The notes below the pieces were generated by a model, which was not told where the DNA came from, did no database searches, and saw only the letters and a program-made list of their open reading frames with translations. From the NCBI GenBank assembly GCA_009691105.1, contig SHVU01000010.1, forward strand, positions 129 to 64,128: a stretch of DNA of 64,000 bases, in the 5' to 3' direction. Positions 1-10,599 of this stretch are shown piece by piece. This stretch comes from Rhodospirillales bacterium (GTDB taxonomy: Bacteria; Pseudomonadota; Alphaproteobacteria; Rhodospirillales; SHVU01). Numbering within the stretch: the stretch's first letter is position 1; every line of letters starts with the position of its first letter. Both the position numbers and the translations under genes were made by a program.

Positions 1-275
1 GCACACCGCCATCACACGACTCGCCGAGGCGGGCTGTACCATGCCGGAAATTTCCGGGATTACCGGACACGCGGTGGCGAGCTGTCAGAAAATCGTCGAA
101 CGCTACCTGGTTCGCACCGCTGCCCTTGCACGTGCAGCGCTCCAAAAGCGGATCGATCGAGAAGGGACGGCGAACAAATAAGCGGCCGAACTCTAACGGC
201 GTTAGACTCGTTCGCGAGCTGTTCCTCGTATCGGTAAGGGCGAGGGTGGCGGATATTGTGGTGCCCCGGGAGGGA
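1..275. mobile_element. End of an integrative element (prophage/ICE/island) integrated at the tRNA-Leu 3' end; att junction
   Basis: Integrase stop (181) lies 77 bp from the CCA end of a convergent tRNA. No terminator follows the tRNA. The spacer has a short inverted repeat TCTAAC-GGC-GTTAGA. Confidence 0.65.
2..181 (+). CDS. Tyrosine recombinase/phage integrase, C-terminal end (5' part outside window)
   Basis: Frame 2 translates HTAITRLAEAGCTMPEISGITGHAVASCQKIVERYLVRTAALARAALQKRIDREGTANK*. This matches integrase box II: (R)HT.....AG....I..ITGH......Y with the catalytic His/Trp-position His and Tyr. Not in the ORF track. Confidence 0.88.
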   Translation, partial: HTAITRLAEAGCTMPEISGITGHAVASCQKIVERYLVRTAALARAALQKRIDREGTANK

Positions 276-345
276 CTCGAACCCCCACGATGTTGCCACC
301 AACAGATTTTGAGTCTGCCGCGTCTGCCAGTTCCGCCACCGGGGC
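259..345 (-). tRNA. tRNA-Leu (CAA)
   Basis: Reverse complement GCCCCGGTGGCGGAACTGGCAGACGCGGCAGACTCAAAATCTGTTGGTGGCAACATCGTGGGGGTTCGAGTCCCTCCCGGGGCACCA: 87 nt, long variable arm, anticodon loop CT-CAA-AA, GTTCGA T-loop, encoded CCA. Confidence 0.97.
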
Positions 346-519
346 ACGGGCCGCATCCTAGCCAAATCCGCGAGGCTGGCCAGGGGCTTCCTGCGGGCCA
401 GACGAGTTTTTTCCGGGCCCTCCGGAATGTCCTTCGACCCCTTCTGAAGGGCCGGCCCGCTCGGCGTCCGGTGGGTTGCCGCGCCGTGCCACGACTGCTA
501 TAGCCGCCCAGCTTCACCC

Positions 520-1101
520 ATGTTCCGCAGCCTGTATGATTGGACGCTCCGCCTCGCCGCCCACCGCCGCGCGTTACCGGCGCTGGCGCTGGTGTCGTTT
601 GCCGAGAGCTCCTTCTTCCCAATCCCGCCCGACGCCATGCTCATCCCAATGTGCCTGGCACGGCGCGACCAGGCGTTCCGGTTCGCCTTCGTCTGCACGA
701 TCGCTTCGGTCCTGGGCGGTATCCTGGGCTACGCCATCGGCTACTTCGCTTACGAGACGGTGGGTCGGCCGATCGTCGAGCTCTACGGCCTCCAAGCAGC
801 GATGGACTCGTACCGGACCATGTTCGCCGAATGGGGTCTCTGGATCATCCTGATCAAGGGCCTGACGCCGATCCCCTATAAGGTCGTGACCATCGCCAGC
901 GGCGTTGCCGCCTTCGATCCCCTCGTCTTTATCTTGGCCTCGATCGTCACCCGCGCCGGCCGCTTTTTCATCGTCGCCGCGCTCATTTGGAAGTTCGGGC
1001 CGCCGATCCAAGCGTTCATCGAGAAGCGCCTGACCATCCTCAGCCTCGGGTTACTCGCGGTCGTCATCGGCGGCTTCGTCCTGGTCAAAGTCCTGCTCTA
1101 G
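520..1101 (+). CDS. YqaA/DedA (SNARE-associated/VTT) family membrane protein
   Basis: SFAESSFFPIPPD and TPIPYKVVTIASG motifs; hydrophobic helices. Confidence 0.9.
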   Translation: MFRSLYDWTLRLAAHRRALPALALVSFAESSFFPIPPDAMLIPMCLARRDQAFRFAFVCTIASVLGGILGYAIGYFAYETVGRPIVELYGLQAAMDSYRTMFAEWGLWIILIKGLTPIPYKVVTIASGVAAFDPLVFILASIVTRAGRFFIVAALIWKFGPPIQAFIEKRLTILSLGLLAVVIGGFVLVKVLL

Positions 1102-1139
1102 CCATGGCGGGCGGTCCGGCTTTCCCGTATATCCGGGGC

Positions 1140-1655
1140 ATGGACCGGCTCCGCGAACTCAGCGCGTCGCCTCGCGCCCCGCTCGTCTTTGTTCTCGCGG
1201 CGAGCCTGGCGGCTCTCGCCGTTGCCTACACGGCGCAGTATGTCTTCGGCCTCGCGCCCTGTGTCCTTTGCCTGTATCAGCGCATTCCGTTCGCGGTCGC
1301 CGGCGGCATCGCCACCATCGGGCTTGTGGCGCTCTCGAGCGACAAAGCCCTGGTCAGCGCCGTGGTCGCCGCCGGCATCGTGTTCGCGATCGGCAGCGCC
1401 ATTGCCGTCTATCACGTCGGCGTCGAGAAACACTGGTGGGTCTCGGTCGCGGCCTGCGGCGGTTCGTTGCCGTCAGCTATGACCGTCGAAGAACTGCGCG
1501 CCCGGCTCATGATGCCGCCGCCCGTGCCCTGCGACCGCATCGCCTGGTCGCTGTTCGGCTTGTCGATGGCTGCCTACAACGCCATCGCCTCGGCCCTCTT
1601 GGCGATCGGAACATTGGCCGGGGCCCGCGTCGCCTGGGCGGAGCGCGACCGATGA
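1140..1655 (+). CDS. dsbB: Disulfide bond formation protein DsbB family
   Basis: PCVLCLYQR motif, four TM segments and a second Cys pair (C...PCD). Start at ATG 1140 (alternative 1104). Confidence 0.85.
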   Translation: MDRLRELSASPRAPLVFVLAASLAALAVAYTAQYVFGLAPCVLCLYQRIPFAVAGGIATIGLVALSSDKALVSAVVAAGIVFAIGSAIAVYHVGVEKHWWVSVAACGGSLPSAMTVEELRARLMMPPPVPCDRIAWSLFGLSMAAYNAIASALLAIGTLAGARVAWAERDR

Positions 1656-2215
1656 AAGCCAAAGCCAAACGCCGGCCCCACCGCCATCTTCCCGGCGATC
1701 CGTCGCCGAGCCGCCTTCGCGAGCGCGCCATCCGCGTCGATCACGCCGGCGAATACGGCGCCGTACGGATTTACGAAGGCCAACTGCGCGTCCTCGGCCA
1801 ATCGCGGGTCGGATCGCTGCTCCGCGAAATGCGCGACGAAGAAGCCAAGCATCTCGAGATTTTCAACCGCCTCATCGCCGAGAACCGGGTCCGGCCGTCG
1901 GCGCTGCTGCCGCTGTGGCACGTCGGCGGATTCCTGCTCGGCGTCGGCACGGCCCTGCTCGGCGAGAAGGCCGCCATGGCCTGTACCGCCGCCGTCGAAG
2001 AAGTCATCGAGCAGCACTATCAGGGACAGATCGACAGCATCGGCGCCGACGATCGCGAGCTGGAGGACGTCATCGCCCATTGCCGGGCCGGCGAAGTCGA
2101 ACACCGCGAGACGGCGCTGCGCCACGGCGCCGAAGACGCGCCGGCGCACGGGCCTTTGTCGGAAGCGATCAAAGCCGGCTGTCGGCTCGCAATCTGGATT
2201 GCCGAGCGGGTCTAA
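1652..2215 (+). CDS. coq7: Demethoxyubiquinone hydroxylase (di-iron, COQ7/Clk-1)
   Basis: IRVDHAGEYGA, E..H, AVEEVI..HY and EVEH iron ligands; ATGA overlap with dsbB. Confidence 0.93.
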   Translation: MKAKAKRRPHRHLPGDPSPSRLRERAIRVDHAGEYGAVRIYEGQLRVLGQSRVGSLLREMRDEEAKHLEIFNRLIAENRVRPSALLPLWHVGGFLLGVGTALLGEKAAMACTAAVEEVIEQHYQGQIDSIGADDRELEDVIAHCRAGEVEHRETALRHGAEDAPAHGPLSEAIKAGCRLAIWIAERV

Positions 2216-2233
2216 AGACCGGCTTGGCGTCGC

Positions 2234-3022
2234 TTAGCGGCCGGTAAAGACTGCCTTTCGCTTTTCCATGAAGGCGCGGCGGCCTTCGATGTAGTCCTGG
2301 CTCGCGAAGCAGGCTTTGACCATGCGGTCGCAGGCTGCCATGTCGCGATCCGCCGGATCCTTCACCAATTCGCCGACGATCTTCTTGATGGACGCCACGG
2401 TCAGCGGCGCGTTGTCGGCAATGGACTGCACGAGTTCTTTCACCTGCGCGGCGAGATCGGCCTTGGGGACGACGCGATTGACCAAGCCCATGGCGAACGC
2501 CTCTTCGGCCGTGTAGCGGCGCGCCGTGTAGAAAATCTCGCGGGTAAACGCCGGGCCGACCAGATCCATGAGCCGGCGCACGCCGTCGGCGCCATAGCCC
2601 AAGCCGAGCTTCGCCGCCGGAACACCAAACTGCGATCCGACTGAACACATCCGCATGTCGCAGGCGAGCGCGAGCGACATGCCGCCGCCGATGCAATACC
2701 CGTCGATCATCGCCAACGTCGGCTTGGCGAAGTTGACCAAAGCCTCGGTCGCGGCATGGGTCGCGGCGTTGTAGCGATCGACCGCGTTTTGGGACGCGCG
2801 TTCGCTTTCGAACTTGGAAATGTCGGCGCCAGACACGAAGGCTTTGCCCCCGGCCCCACTGACGACGACGACGCGCACCGCTGGATCCGTGGCGAACCCC
2901 GCCATGATCTCGACCACCGCTTCCCACATCTCGCGCGAAACGGCGTTGTGGCGTTCCGGGTTATTGAAAATCATGCGACCGACGGCGCCATCGCGCTCGA
3001 CGATCATTTTATCGGTAGCCAT
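2234..3022 (-). CDS. Enoyl-CoA hydratase/isomerase family
   Basis: AFVSGADI, IDGYCIGGG, ACDMR and DYIEGRRAFMEKR crotonase motifs. Confidence 0.9.
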   Translation of the reverse strand: MATDKMIVERDGAVGRMIFNNPERHNAVSREMWEAVVEIMAGFATDPAVRVVVVSGAGGKAFVSGADISKFESERASQNAVDRYNAATHAATEALVNFAKPTLAMIDGYCIGGGMSLALACDMRMCSVGSQFGVPAAKLGLGYGADGVRRLMDLVGPAFTREIFYTARRYTAEEAFAMGLVNRVVPKADLAAQVKELVQSIADNAPLTVASIKKIVGELVKDPADRDMAACDRMVKACFASQDYIEGRRAFMEKRKAVFTGR

Positions 3023-3078
3023 GGATGTCACCTTTGCTGGCGCGAGAAACGAAACAAACGACCTAACCTATCGGCGAC

Positions 3079-4272
3079 TCAGACCACGCCGCCAGCCCGC
3101 AGCGCTTTGATTTCGGCGGCGGAGAAGCCGAATTCGGCCAGCACTTCGTCGGTGTGCTCGCCGCGCAAGGGGGCGCGCCGGACCATGCGGCTTGGCGTGC
3201 GGGTCATCTCGATCGGCTGGCGCACCACGTCTTCAGTCTTGCCGTTGCCGACGTCGACCGGCTCGGCGATCTTCAAATGCTTCACCTGCGGATCGGCAAA
3301 GACCTGATCGATCGTATTGATCTCGCCGGTCGGAACGCCGGCCTCGTTCAGGAACTTGACCCAATGGCGGCTGGGTTTGTCCTTGAGGAGATTGTTGAGC
3401 TCGACGTTGAGCGCGGCGCGGTTCTTGGAGCGGGCCTTCGCATCGATGTACTCTGGACGCTTGGTGAGCTCGTCCGCATTCAACGCCTTGGCGAGCCGAA
3501 GCCAGAACGCCTGGCCCGCGCAGGCGATGTTGATGTGGCCGTCGGAGGTCGTGAAGACGCCGGTCGGGATCATGGTGGGATGATCGTTGCCGGCTTGCGG
3601 CGGGACTTCCTTGCCGATCAGCCACCGCGCCGCCTGGAAATCGAGCATGAAGATCTGCGCCTCGAGCAGCGAGGTTTTCACCCACTGCCCCTTCCCAGAC
3701 ACTTCGCGCTCAAGCAGCGCCACGGCGATGCCGAAAGACGCGAAGACGCCCGAGGACAGATCGGCGATGGGAATGCCGACCCGGACCGGTCCCTGGCCCG
3801 GCAATCCGGTGATCGACATCAAGCCGCCGACGCCTTGGACGACCTGATCGAAACCCGGGCGATCGCCGTCGGGACCGTCCTGACCGAAGCCCGAAATGCT
3901 GGCGTAGACGAGCCGCGGGTTGATCTTGGCGAGAGTCTCGTAATCGAGGCCCAGGCGGAATTTCACGTCGGCACGGAAGTTCTCGACGACGACGTCGGCT
4001 TTTTCAACCAGCCGCTTGAACGTCGCCACGCCTTCCGGCGCCTTGAGGTTGAGGGTCAGGCTGCGCTTGTTCCGCTGCAGGTTCTTGAAGTCCGGCGTGT
4101 CGCGGCCGGCGCCCAAGGCGCCGTCGGCCTCGAGGGCTTCGGGCATCTCGACTTTGATGACGTTCGCACCCCAGTCGCCCAACTGACGGACGCAGGTCGG
4201 GCCGGAGCGGACCCGGGTCAGATCTAGGACCGTAAAACGCGAGAGAGCTTGCGAGGCGGGCTGGAACGGCAT
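3079..4272 (-). CDS. CaiB/BaiF family III CoA-transferase
   Basis: VLDLTRVRSGP, GANVIKVE, RNKRS, ADVVVENFR, SISGFGQDGP. Confidence 0.92.
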   Translation of the reverse strand: MPFQPASQALSRFTVLDLTRVRSGPTCVRQLGDWGANVIKVEMPEALEADGALGAGRDTPDFKNLQRNKRSLTLNLKAPEGVATFKRLVEKADVVVENFRADVKFRLGLDYETLAKINPRLVYASISGFGQDGPDGDRPGFDQVVQGVGGLMSITGLPGQGPVRVGIPIADLSSGVFASFGIAVALLEREVSGKGQWVKTSLLEAQIFMLDFQAARWLIGKEVPPQAGNDHPTMIPTGVFTTSDGHINIACAGQAFWLRLAKALNADELTKRPEYIDAKARSKNRAALNVELNNLLKDKPSRHWVKFLNEAGVPTGEINTIDQVFADPQVKHLKIAEPVDVGNGKTEDVVRQPIEMTRTPSRMVRRAPLRGEHTDEVLAEFGFSAAEIKALRAGGVV

Positions 4273-4349
4273 CGGTCGAGAACCTTTACGCAAAGGGTGA
4301 ACAGAAGGGTGGCCGCGACTATAGCGCGGGTTGGCGAAAAATTCGCGCC

Positions 4350-5141
4350 TCAGCCCGGCCGGCGATTCCGAATGCCGTCGAGACTTGCGATCACGCCGCG
4401 CAACGTACGGACTTCATGATCGGTGAGGCCAATCCGGCCAAAAATATTGCGCAGATTGCGCTTCATCGAGGGTCGCTTGTCGGCATTGCGGAGAAAGCCG
4501 CTCTCCGTCAACGCGGCCTCGAGATGCTCAAACAATCCGATCAGTTCACCTTTGGTGGCCTGGCGGGCGCGGAACTCGGCATCGAAGACCTCGGCCGGCT
4601 CGCCCTGGCCGCGAAACCATTCGTACCCCAGCACCGCCACGGCGTGCCCCAGATTGAGCGACCATATGCCGTTGGGGTCGGTCGGGATGGTGACCATGGC
4701 ATCGGCGATCGCCACATCGTCGTTGCCGAGACCTTTGGCTTCTGGCCCGAACAACCATCCGGGCCTGAGATCGGGATCGGGGGCGCGCATGCGAGCAACC
4801 GCGGCCTCCGGCGAGACCGCGGTCTTGGTCATATGCCGGCTGCGCGCCGTGGTCGCATAGACAAGATTCAGATCGGCGATCGCTTCGGCGGTCGTCTCGA
4901 ACAGGCGAGCCCCGTTGATGATCGCATCGGCGTCGACCGCGGCCGACACGGCGCGAGGGTTCGGCCAGCCGTCGCGTGGCCGGACGAGGCGCAAATCGTG
5001 CAATCCAAAGTTGGCCATGGCCCGCGCCGCCATGCCGATGTTGTCCCCGAGTTGGGGATCAACCAGCACGACCACCGGAGGGACCGGGGCCGCGCCGGAG
5101 CTAGGCGCTTCGGGCTTGTTGGGCCGGGGCAGCCGCGCCAT
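4350..5141 (-). CDS. trmJ: TrmJ/LasT SPOUT RNA methyltransferase
   Basis: VLVDPQLGDNIGMAARAMANFG, FGPE..GL, SLNLGHAV. Start uncertain. Confidence 0.88.
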   Translation of the reverse strand: MARLPRPNKPEAPSSGAAPVPPVVVLVDPQLGDNIGMAARAMANFGLHDLRLVRPRDGWPNPRAVSAAVDADAIINGARLFETTAEAIADLNLVYATTARSRHMTKTAVSPEAAVARMRAPDPDLRPGWLFGPEAKGLGNDDVAIADAMVTIPTDPNGIWSLNLGHAVAVLGYEWFRGQGEPAEVFDAEFRARQATKGELIGLFEHLEAALTESGFLRNADKRPSMKRNLRNIFGRIGLTDHEVRTLRGVIASLDGIRNRRPG

Positions 5142-6717
5142 CGCGGAAAAGCTTGTAGACGAGCGAATCGTGGAGGGCGTTGTACGAGGCATCGATGATG
5201 TTCGCCGAGACCCCGATCGTCGACCAACGGGTGCCTTTCTCGTCGGCGGATTCGATCATGACACGGGTCACCGCGGCGGTGCCTTCGTTCGGCGTCAGGA
5301 TGCGAACCTTGTAGTCGACGAGGCGCAGATCGCGGAGTTCGGGATAGGCCGGGGCCAAAACCTTGCGCAGGCTAGCGTCGAGCGCGTTGACCGGGCCGTT
5401 GCCTTCGGCGACCGCCATATGGAAGGACGGGCCGACGACCAGTTTCACGGTCGCTTCCGAAATCGTGATGAGCTCGCCCTTGGCGTTCCAGCGGCGCTCG
5501 TCGATGACGCGGAAGCTTTTCAGATTGAAGTAGTCGGGAACCTCCCCCATGACCCGGCGCGCCATGATCTCGAAGCTAGCCTCGGCGCCGTCGTAGGCGT
5601 AACCCTCAAACTCTTTGTCTTTGACGGTCTTCAAGAGCGCCCCGATGCGGCTGTCGTCGGCGCTGATGTCGATGCCGATGTCACGGAACCGCGCCAAGAT
5701 GTTGGAGCGCCCGGCTTGGTCTGAGACCACGATGTGGCGGCGGTTGCCGACGAGATCAGGAACGATGTGCTCGTAGGAGCGCGGGTCCTTCTCGACCGCC
5801 GAGACGTGCAAACCGCCCTTATGAGCGAAGGCCGAGAGGCCGACGTAGGGCGCGTTACGGCTCGGGGCGCGATTCAGGCGTTCGTCGACAAGATGCGAGA
5901 CGCGCGTCAGATGCGTCAGGTCCGCTTCGCCGACGCCGGTCGTGTATCCCATCTTCAAAATCAGCGACGGCAGGATCGAGACCAGGTTGGCGTTGCCACA
6001 GCGCTCGCCCAAGCCGTTGACGGTACCTTGGATCTGTCGGGCGCCGGCTTCGACGGCGGCAAGACTGTTGGCGACGGCATTGCCGGTGTCATCGTGGAAA
6101 TGAACGCCGATGCGGTCGCCGGGAATACGCTTCATGACCTCGCGAACGATCGTGTCGACTTCGCTCGGCAAGGTTCCGCCGTTGGTGTCGCAGAGCACGA
6201 CCCAACGCGCTCCGGCCTTGTAGGCCGTCTCGATACATTCAAGCGCGTAGGCGGGATTGGCTTTGTAGCCATCGAAGAAATGTTCGGCGTCGAAGAGGAC
6301 TTCCTCGACACGCTCGGCCGCCAGCTTGATGCTGTCGTCGATCATCTTGGTATTTTCTTCGAGGCTGATCCCGAGCGCCGAGGTCACGCCGAAGTCCCAG
6401 GTCTTGCCGACCAGACACAATGCTTTCGTTTTGGCGGCGAACAACGTGTTCAAACCAGGATCGTTGGCGGCGCTGCGGCCCGGCCGGCGCGTCATGCCAA
6501 AGGCGGTGAAGCGCGAGCGGCGCAGCTTGGGCGGCTCGGCGAAAAACGCGTCGTCGGTCGGGTTGGCGCCCGGCCAACCGCCCTCGATGTAATCGATACC
6601 AAGCGAGTCCAACGCCTCCGCGATCGCCGTCTTGTCGACGGTTGAGAAGTCGACGCCCTGGGTCTGGGCACCGTCGCGCAGCGTCGTGTCATAGAGATAG
6701 ACTCGCTTGTCGCTCAT
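5101..6717 (-). CDS. cimA: Citramalate synthase (LeuA/CimA family)
   Basis: YDTTLRDGAQ, EGGWPGANP, FDAEHFFDG, GERCGNAN, AFAHKGGLH, GNGPVNALD. Confidence 0.92.
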   Translation of the reverse strand: MSDKRVYLYDTTLRDGAQTQGVDFSTVDKTAIAEALDSLGIDYIEGGWPGANPTDDAFFAEPPKLRRSRFTAFGMTRRPGRSAANDPGLNTLFAAKTKALCLVGKTWDFGVTSALGISLEENTKMIDDSIKLAAERVEEVLFDAEHFFDGYKANPAYALECIETAYKAGARWVVLCDTNGGTLPSEVDTIVREVMKRIPGDRIGVHFHDDTGNAVANSLAAVEAGARQIQGTVNGLGERCGNANLVSILPSLILKMGYTTGVGEADLTHLTRVSHLVDERLNRAPSRNAPYVGLSAFAHKGGLHVSAVEKDPRSYEHIVPDLVGNRRHIVVSDQAGRSNILARFRDIGIDISADDSRIGALLKTVKDKEFEGYAYDGAEASFEIMARRVMGEVPDYFNLKSFRVIDERRWNAKGELITISEATVKLVVGPSFHMAVAEGNGPVNALDASLRKVLAPAYPELRDLRLVDYKVRILTPNEGTAAVTRVMIESADEKGTRWSTIGVSANIIDASYNALHDSLVYKLFRDGAAAPAQQARSA

Positions 6718-6843
6718 GATCCCGGCCTAGCCGCGGAAAGTCGCCGAGAATGCCCAATTCGAGCCGGCGCCTCAAGGCCAAAGGCCAAGGATCGTCGGGG
6801 GTGGGCCTGGATCGACCGATCCCGCCACCGCCGCCAACCGTCT

Positions 6844-7707
6844 CTAGGTGAGGATTCCCTTCAAAAACGTCACGGTCCGGGACCAGGCGAGCGTCGCCGC
6901 CTTTTCGTCGTAGCGATCGCCGGCCGTGTCGTTATGGAAGGCGTGCTGGGCGCCCTCATAGACATGGAGGGTGTATTTGACGTTGGCCGCCTTGGCTGCG
7001 GCTTCGAACGCCGGAAGGCCGGCGTTGATGCGCTCGTCCATGCCGGCGTACTGCAGCATCATCTGCGCCTTGATCTTGGGAACGTCAGTGGGCTCGGGCA
7101 ACTGACCGTAGAACGGCACGGCGGCCATCACGTCCGGCGAATGGACGGCAACCTGGTTGACCATATCGCCGCCCCAGCAGAATCCGACGACGCCGACCTT
7201 CTGGATCGACTCGAAGTGGTTCTTGATGAAAGCTGCCGCCGCAACGCCGTTGGCGATGGTCTGGGCACGATCGAGCTTGGCGAACATGTCTCGAGCCTGG
7301 CCGGCGTCGGACGGCGTCCCGCCGAGCGGCGAGAGGAAGTCCACCGCCAGCGCCAGGAATCCGGCAAGACCAGCGCGGCGCGCGACGTCTTCGATATGCG
7401 GGTTGAGACCCCGGTTTTCGTGAATGATGACCAAGCCCGGCATCCGGCCGCCCATGCGCAGACGCGACATGTAGGCCTTCACGTCTCCGGTCGCGCCTTT
7501 GAAGGTGACGCGCGAGTTGGCGAGCTTCGGTTCGGATTCCGGCACGGTCGCCGCCTGGGCGTAATTGTTCTCGAGAAGCGGCAGCAAGGCCAAAGCTGCC
7601 GCCATGCTGCCCGTCATCGTCGCCAGCCGCTCCAGGAAGACGCGACGTGGCAGCGGCGCATGGGTGTATTCGTCGTAAAGATTGATAATCTTTTGGTCCA
7701 AAGCCAT
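6844..7707 (-). CDS. Dienelactone hydrolase family (YghX-like)
   Basis: LYDEYTH...RR.FL N-terminus, HENRGLNPHIED, GFCWGG nucleophile, HAFHND. Confidence 0.9.
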   Translation of the reverse strand: MALDQKIINLYDEYTHAPLPRRVFLERLATMTGSMAAALALLPLLENNYAQAATVPESEPKLANSRVTFKGATGDVKAYMSRLRMGGRMPGLVIIHENRGLNPHIEDVARRAGLAGFLALAVDFLSPLGGTPSDAGQARDMFAKLDRAQTIANGVAAAAFIKNHFESIQKVGVVGFCWGGDMVNQVAVHSPDVMAAVPFYGQLPEPTDVPKIKAQMMLQYAGMDERINAGLPAFEAAAKAANVKYTLHVYEGAQHAFHNDTAGDRYDEKAATLAWSRTVTFLKGILT

Positions 7708-7882
7708 CGGTGCCTCCGTGTTGTGCCATGTTGCTGGGATCGTTGCGTCCCCTTTATGAACACGTGAGCTAGCCCGAAAGTCCGGTTTTTCGCAAGTTGA
7801 GTGGCTCGTTGCGAAGAGCAACGCCACGCACTTGTAATATTAGATTTCTGGTCTGGAACCGAAAGTAATTGAGAATGCGGGC

Positions 7883-9253
7883 TTAAGCCCGCTTCCAGGT
7901 CGTGCCCTTGGGGCCGTCCTCGAGAACCACACCCTGATCGGCGAGATCCTTGCGGATACGATCCGCCGCGGCGAAATCGCGCGCTTTGCGGGCCGCGAGA
8001 CGTTCGGCGATCCGGGCCTCGATAGCGGCGTCGGTAAGACCCGACGCCGGAGACGCGCCCTTGAACCAGGCTTCGGGATCGGCGCCCAACAGACCGAGCG
8101 CTTCGCCGCCCGCCCGCATCGCACCGGCCAGCTTCGCCCGCGCCGCATCGTCGGTCGTCCGGTGCAACTCGCCCGCCAGTTCGTGCAAATGGCGGATGGC
8201 TAGTGGCGTATTGAGATCGTCCGAGAGTGCCGCCGTTATCGGCTCCGGCACCGCCGCATCCTTGGCAGCGGCGACGCCGCGGAGCGCGCCGTAAAACCGA
8301 TTGAGAGTTTCCTTGGCTTCGCTGAGGCCGGCGGCGGTGAAATTCAACGGCTGCCGATAATGTGTCGACAGCAGTGCGAAGCGGATCGCCTCGCCGGGAT
8401 ACTCCGTCAGCAATTGCTTGACCGTCGTGATGTTGCCGAGGCTCTTCGACATCTTCTCGCCTTCGGTCATCAGGTAGCCGTTGTGCATCCAGACGCGCGC
8501 AAAGGTTCCGGCGCCATGGGCGCAGGTCGATTGCGCGAACTCGTTCTCGTGATGCGGGAAGATCAAATCCTGGCCGCCACCGTGGATGTCAAAGGAATCT
8601 CCCAGGAAAACCCGGCTCATCGCCGAGCATTCGATGTGCCAGCCCGGCCGGCCCCGGCCCCAGGGCGAGTCCCATCCGGGAAGCTCCGGCAGCGACGGCT
8701 TCCACAACACGAAATCGGCGGGATCGCGCTTGTACGGCGCCACCTCGACCCGGTCCCCGGCGATCATCTCGTCACGGTTCCGCCCCGACAGCCGCCCGTA
8801 GGTCGGCATCGACGGCACACTGAACAGGACATGCCACTCGGCGACGTAGGCGTGGTTCTTGGCGATCAAGATTTCGATCATCGCGATCATGTCGGCGATG
8901 TGCTGCGTGGCATGGGGTTCGTGATCGGGATCGATGGCTCCGAGCGCCGCCATGTCGCGGTGAAAGGCCGCTTCCGTCCGGGCCGTGATCGTGGCGATGG
9001 GCTCGCCGCTGGCTTGGGCGGCAGCAATGATCTTGTCGTCGACGTCGGTGATGTTGCGGGCGTAGCTGACCCGCGGATAGACGCGCTTCAACAGCCGATA
9101 CAAGACATCGAACACGACCACCGGCCGAGCGTTGCCGATATGAGCGTCGGCGTAGACCGTGGGGCCGCAGACATACATCCGGACGTGTGCCGGATCGATC
9201 GGCTGGAACGCCTCCTTGGCCCGCGCCAAGGCGTTGTGAAGACGCAGGCTCAC
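7883..9253 (-). CDS. cysS: Cysteine--tRNA ligase
   Basis: [27 protein letters not shown]. Confidence 0.98.
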   Translation of the reverse strand: MSLRLHNALARAKEAFQPIDPAHVRMYVCGPTVYADAHIGNARPVVVFDVLYRLLKRVYPRVSYARNITDVDDKIIAAAQASGEPIATITARTEAAFHRDMAALGAIDPDHEPHATQHIADMIAMIEILIAKNHAYVAEWHVLFSVPSMPTYGRLSGRNRDEMIAGDRVEVAPYKRDPADFVLWKPSLPELPGWDSPWGRGRPGWHIECSAMSRVFLGDSFDIHGGGQDLIFPHHENEFAQSTCAHGAGTFARVWMHNGYLMTEGEKMSKSLGNITTVKQLLTEYPGEAIRFALLSTHYRQPLNFTAAGLSEAKETLNRFYGALRGVAAAKDAAVPEPITAALSDDLNTPLAIRHLHELAGELHRTTDDAARAKLAGAMRAGGEALGLLGADPEAWFKGASPASGLTDAAIEARIAERLAARKARDFAAADRIRKDLADQGVVLEDGPKGTTWKRA

Positions 9254-10599
9254 GCCGTCGTCCCACCAAGCCGTTTCAGCGCCCGGTCGCGCCCGATGAG
9301 CGGCAGGAGGCGCTTGAGCTCGGGGCCTTCAGTACGTCCGGTCAGGGCTAGGCGCAGCGGATGAAACAAATCCTTGCCGCTTCGCTTAGTTCCAATTTTC
9401 ACGGCGTCGGTCCAGCGCTTCCAGGTGTCCTGATCCCAGGGCTCGGACGGCAACAGTTGCGCAGCGTCGTTGGCGAAGGCCTGATCGGCAATCACCGGGG
9501 CCATGGGCAGGAAGCAGACGGCGTACCAGTCCTTGATCTCGTCGAAGCGGGTCAGGTTCGGACGGATCGCGTCCCAAAACTCCGCCGTTCCGTCGAGACC
9601 CAGCGCCGCAAGACGTGGTCCGGCCACCGTGAACGACATTTCGTGCAGCAGCTTTGCATTGAGTTCGTCGAGTTGGCGCGGATCGAACTTGGGCGCGGCG
9701 CGGCCGAATTTCGTCATGCTGAACTCGGCCCGCAAACGATCGAGGGAAATCCGCGGCTCGATCGCGTCCATGGTGCCAAGCTTGGCAAGAAGGCTGGCCA
9801 CCGCCATCGGCTCGATGCCGCGGTCGCGGAGCTGTTCGAGGCTATAGCCGCCCAAACGCTTCGACAGCCCCTCGCCTTTGAGGTCCGTCAGCAGCGGTAA
9901 ATGCGAGAACGCGAAGTCATCGACCGCCTTGCCGAGTGCGGCAAACATTTGAATCTGGACGGCGGTGTTAGTGACGTGATCCTCGCCGCGAACGATATCG
10001 GTGAGACCAAGCGCGATATCGTCCACGACCGACGTGAACACGTAGAGGAACGTCTGATCGGCACGAATGACGATCGGATCGCTCAAATTGCGGCCATTGA
10101 ATTCGATGGAGCCGCGAACCAGATCGGTCCAGGCGATCGAGTCCGGCGTAATCTTGAAGCGCCAGTACGGCTGGCGACCTTCGCTTTCGAAGCGACGGCG
10201 GTCGTCGTCGGTCAGCGTCAGGCTGCGGCGGTCGTAGATCGGCGGCTTATGGGCGGCGCGCAAGCGTCGCCGCATCCGATCCAGCTCCTCCGGTGTCTCG
10301 TAGCAGCGATAGAGCCGGCCGTAAGCAATGAGCCTATCCGCAGCCTCGCGGTAGAGCGCCGTGCGATCTCTCTGCTTGACCTGGTCGTCCCAATCGAGAC
10401 CCAGCCAACGCAAATCGCGCTCGATGGCTGTCACGAACTCTGGCTTGGAACGGTCGGGATCGGTGTCGTCGATCCGCAACAGGAAGCGGCCGCCCGGCGT
10501 CGAACGCGCCAACAACCAATTGACAAGCGCGACCCGGGCATTGCCGACGTGCAGCAGGCCGGTGGGACTCGGAGCAAAGCGGGTGACGAGCGCGTTCAT
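9250..10599 (-). CDS. gltX: Glutamate--tRNA ligase
   Basis: [36 protein letters not shown]. Confidence 0.96.
   Translation of the reverse strand: MNALVTRFAPSPTGLLHVGNARVALVNWLLARSTPGGRFLLRIDDTDPDRSKPEFVTAIERDLRWLGLDWDDQVKQRDRTALYREAADRLIAYGRLYRCYETPEELDRMRRRLRAAHKPPIYDRRSLTLTDDDRRRFESEGRQPYWRFKITPDSIAWTDLVRGSIEFNGRNLSDPIVIRADQTFLYVFTSVVDDIALGLTDIVRGEDHVTNTAVQIQMFAALGKAVDDFAFSHLPLLTDLKGEGLSKRLGGYSLEQLRDRGIEPMAVASLLAKLGTMDAIEPRISLDRLRAEFSMTKFGRAAPKFDPRQLDELNAKLLHEMSFTVAGPRLAALGLDGTAEFWDAIRPNLTRFDEIKDWYAVCFLPMAPVIADQAFANDAAQLLPSEPWDQDTWKRWTDAVKIGTKRSGKDLFHPLRLALTGRTEGPELKRLLPLIGRDRALKRLGGTTA

Noticed and set aside
60-503. ORFs 60-365 (-) and 126-503 (+)
   Set aside because: They run through the tRNA-Leu gene and the integrase end; spurious.
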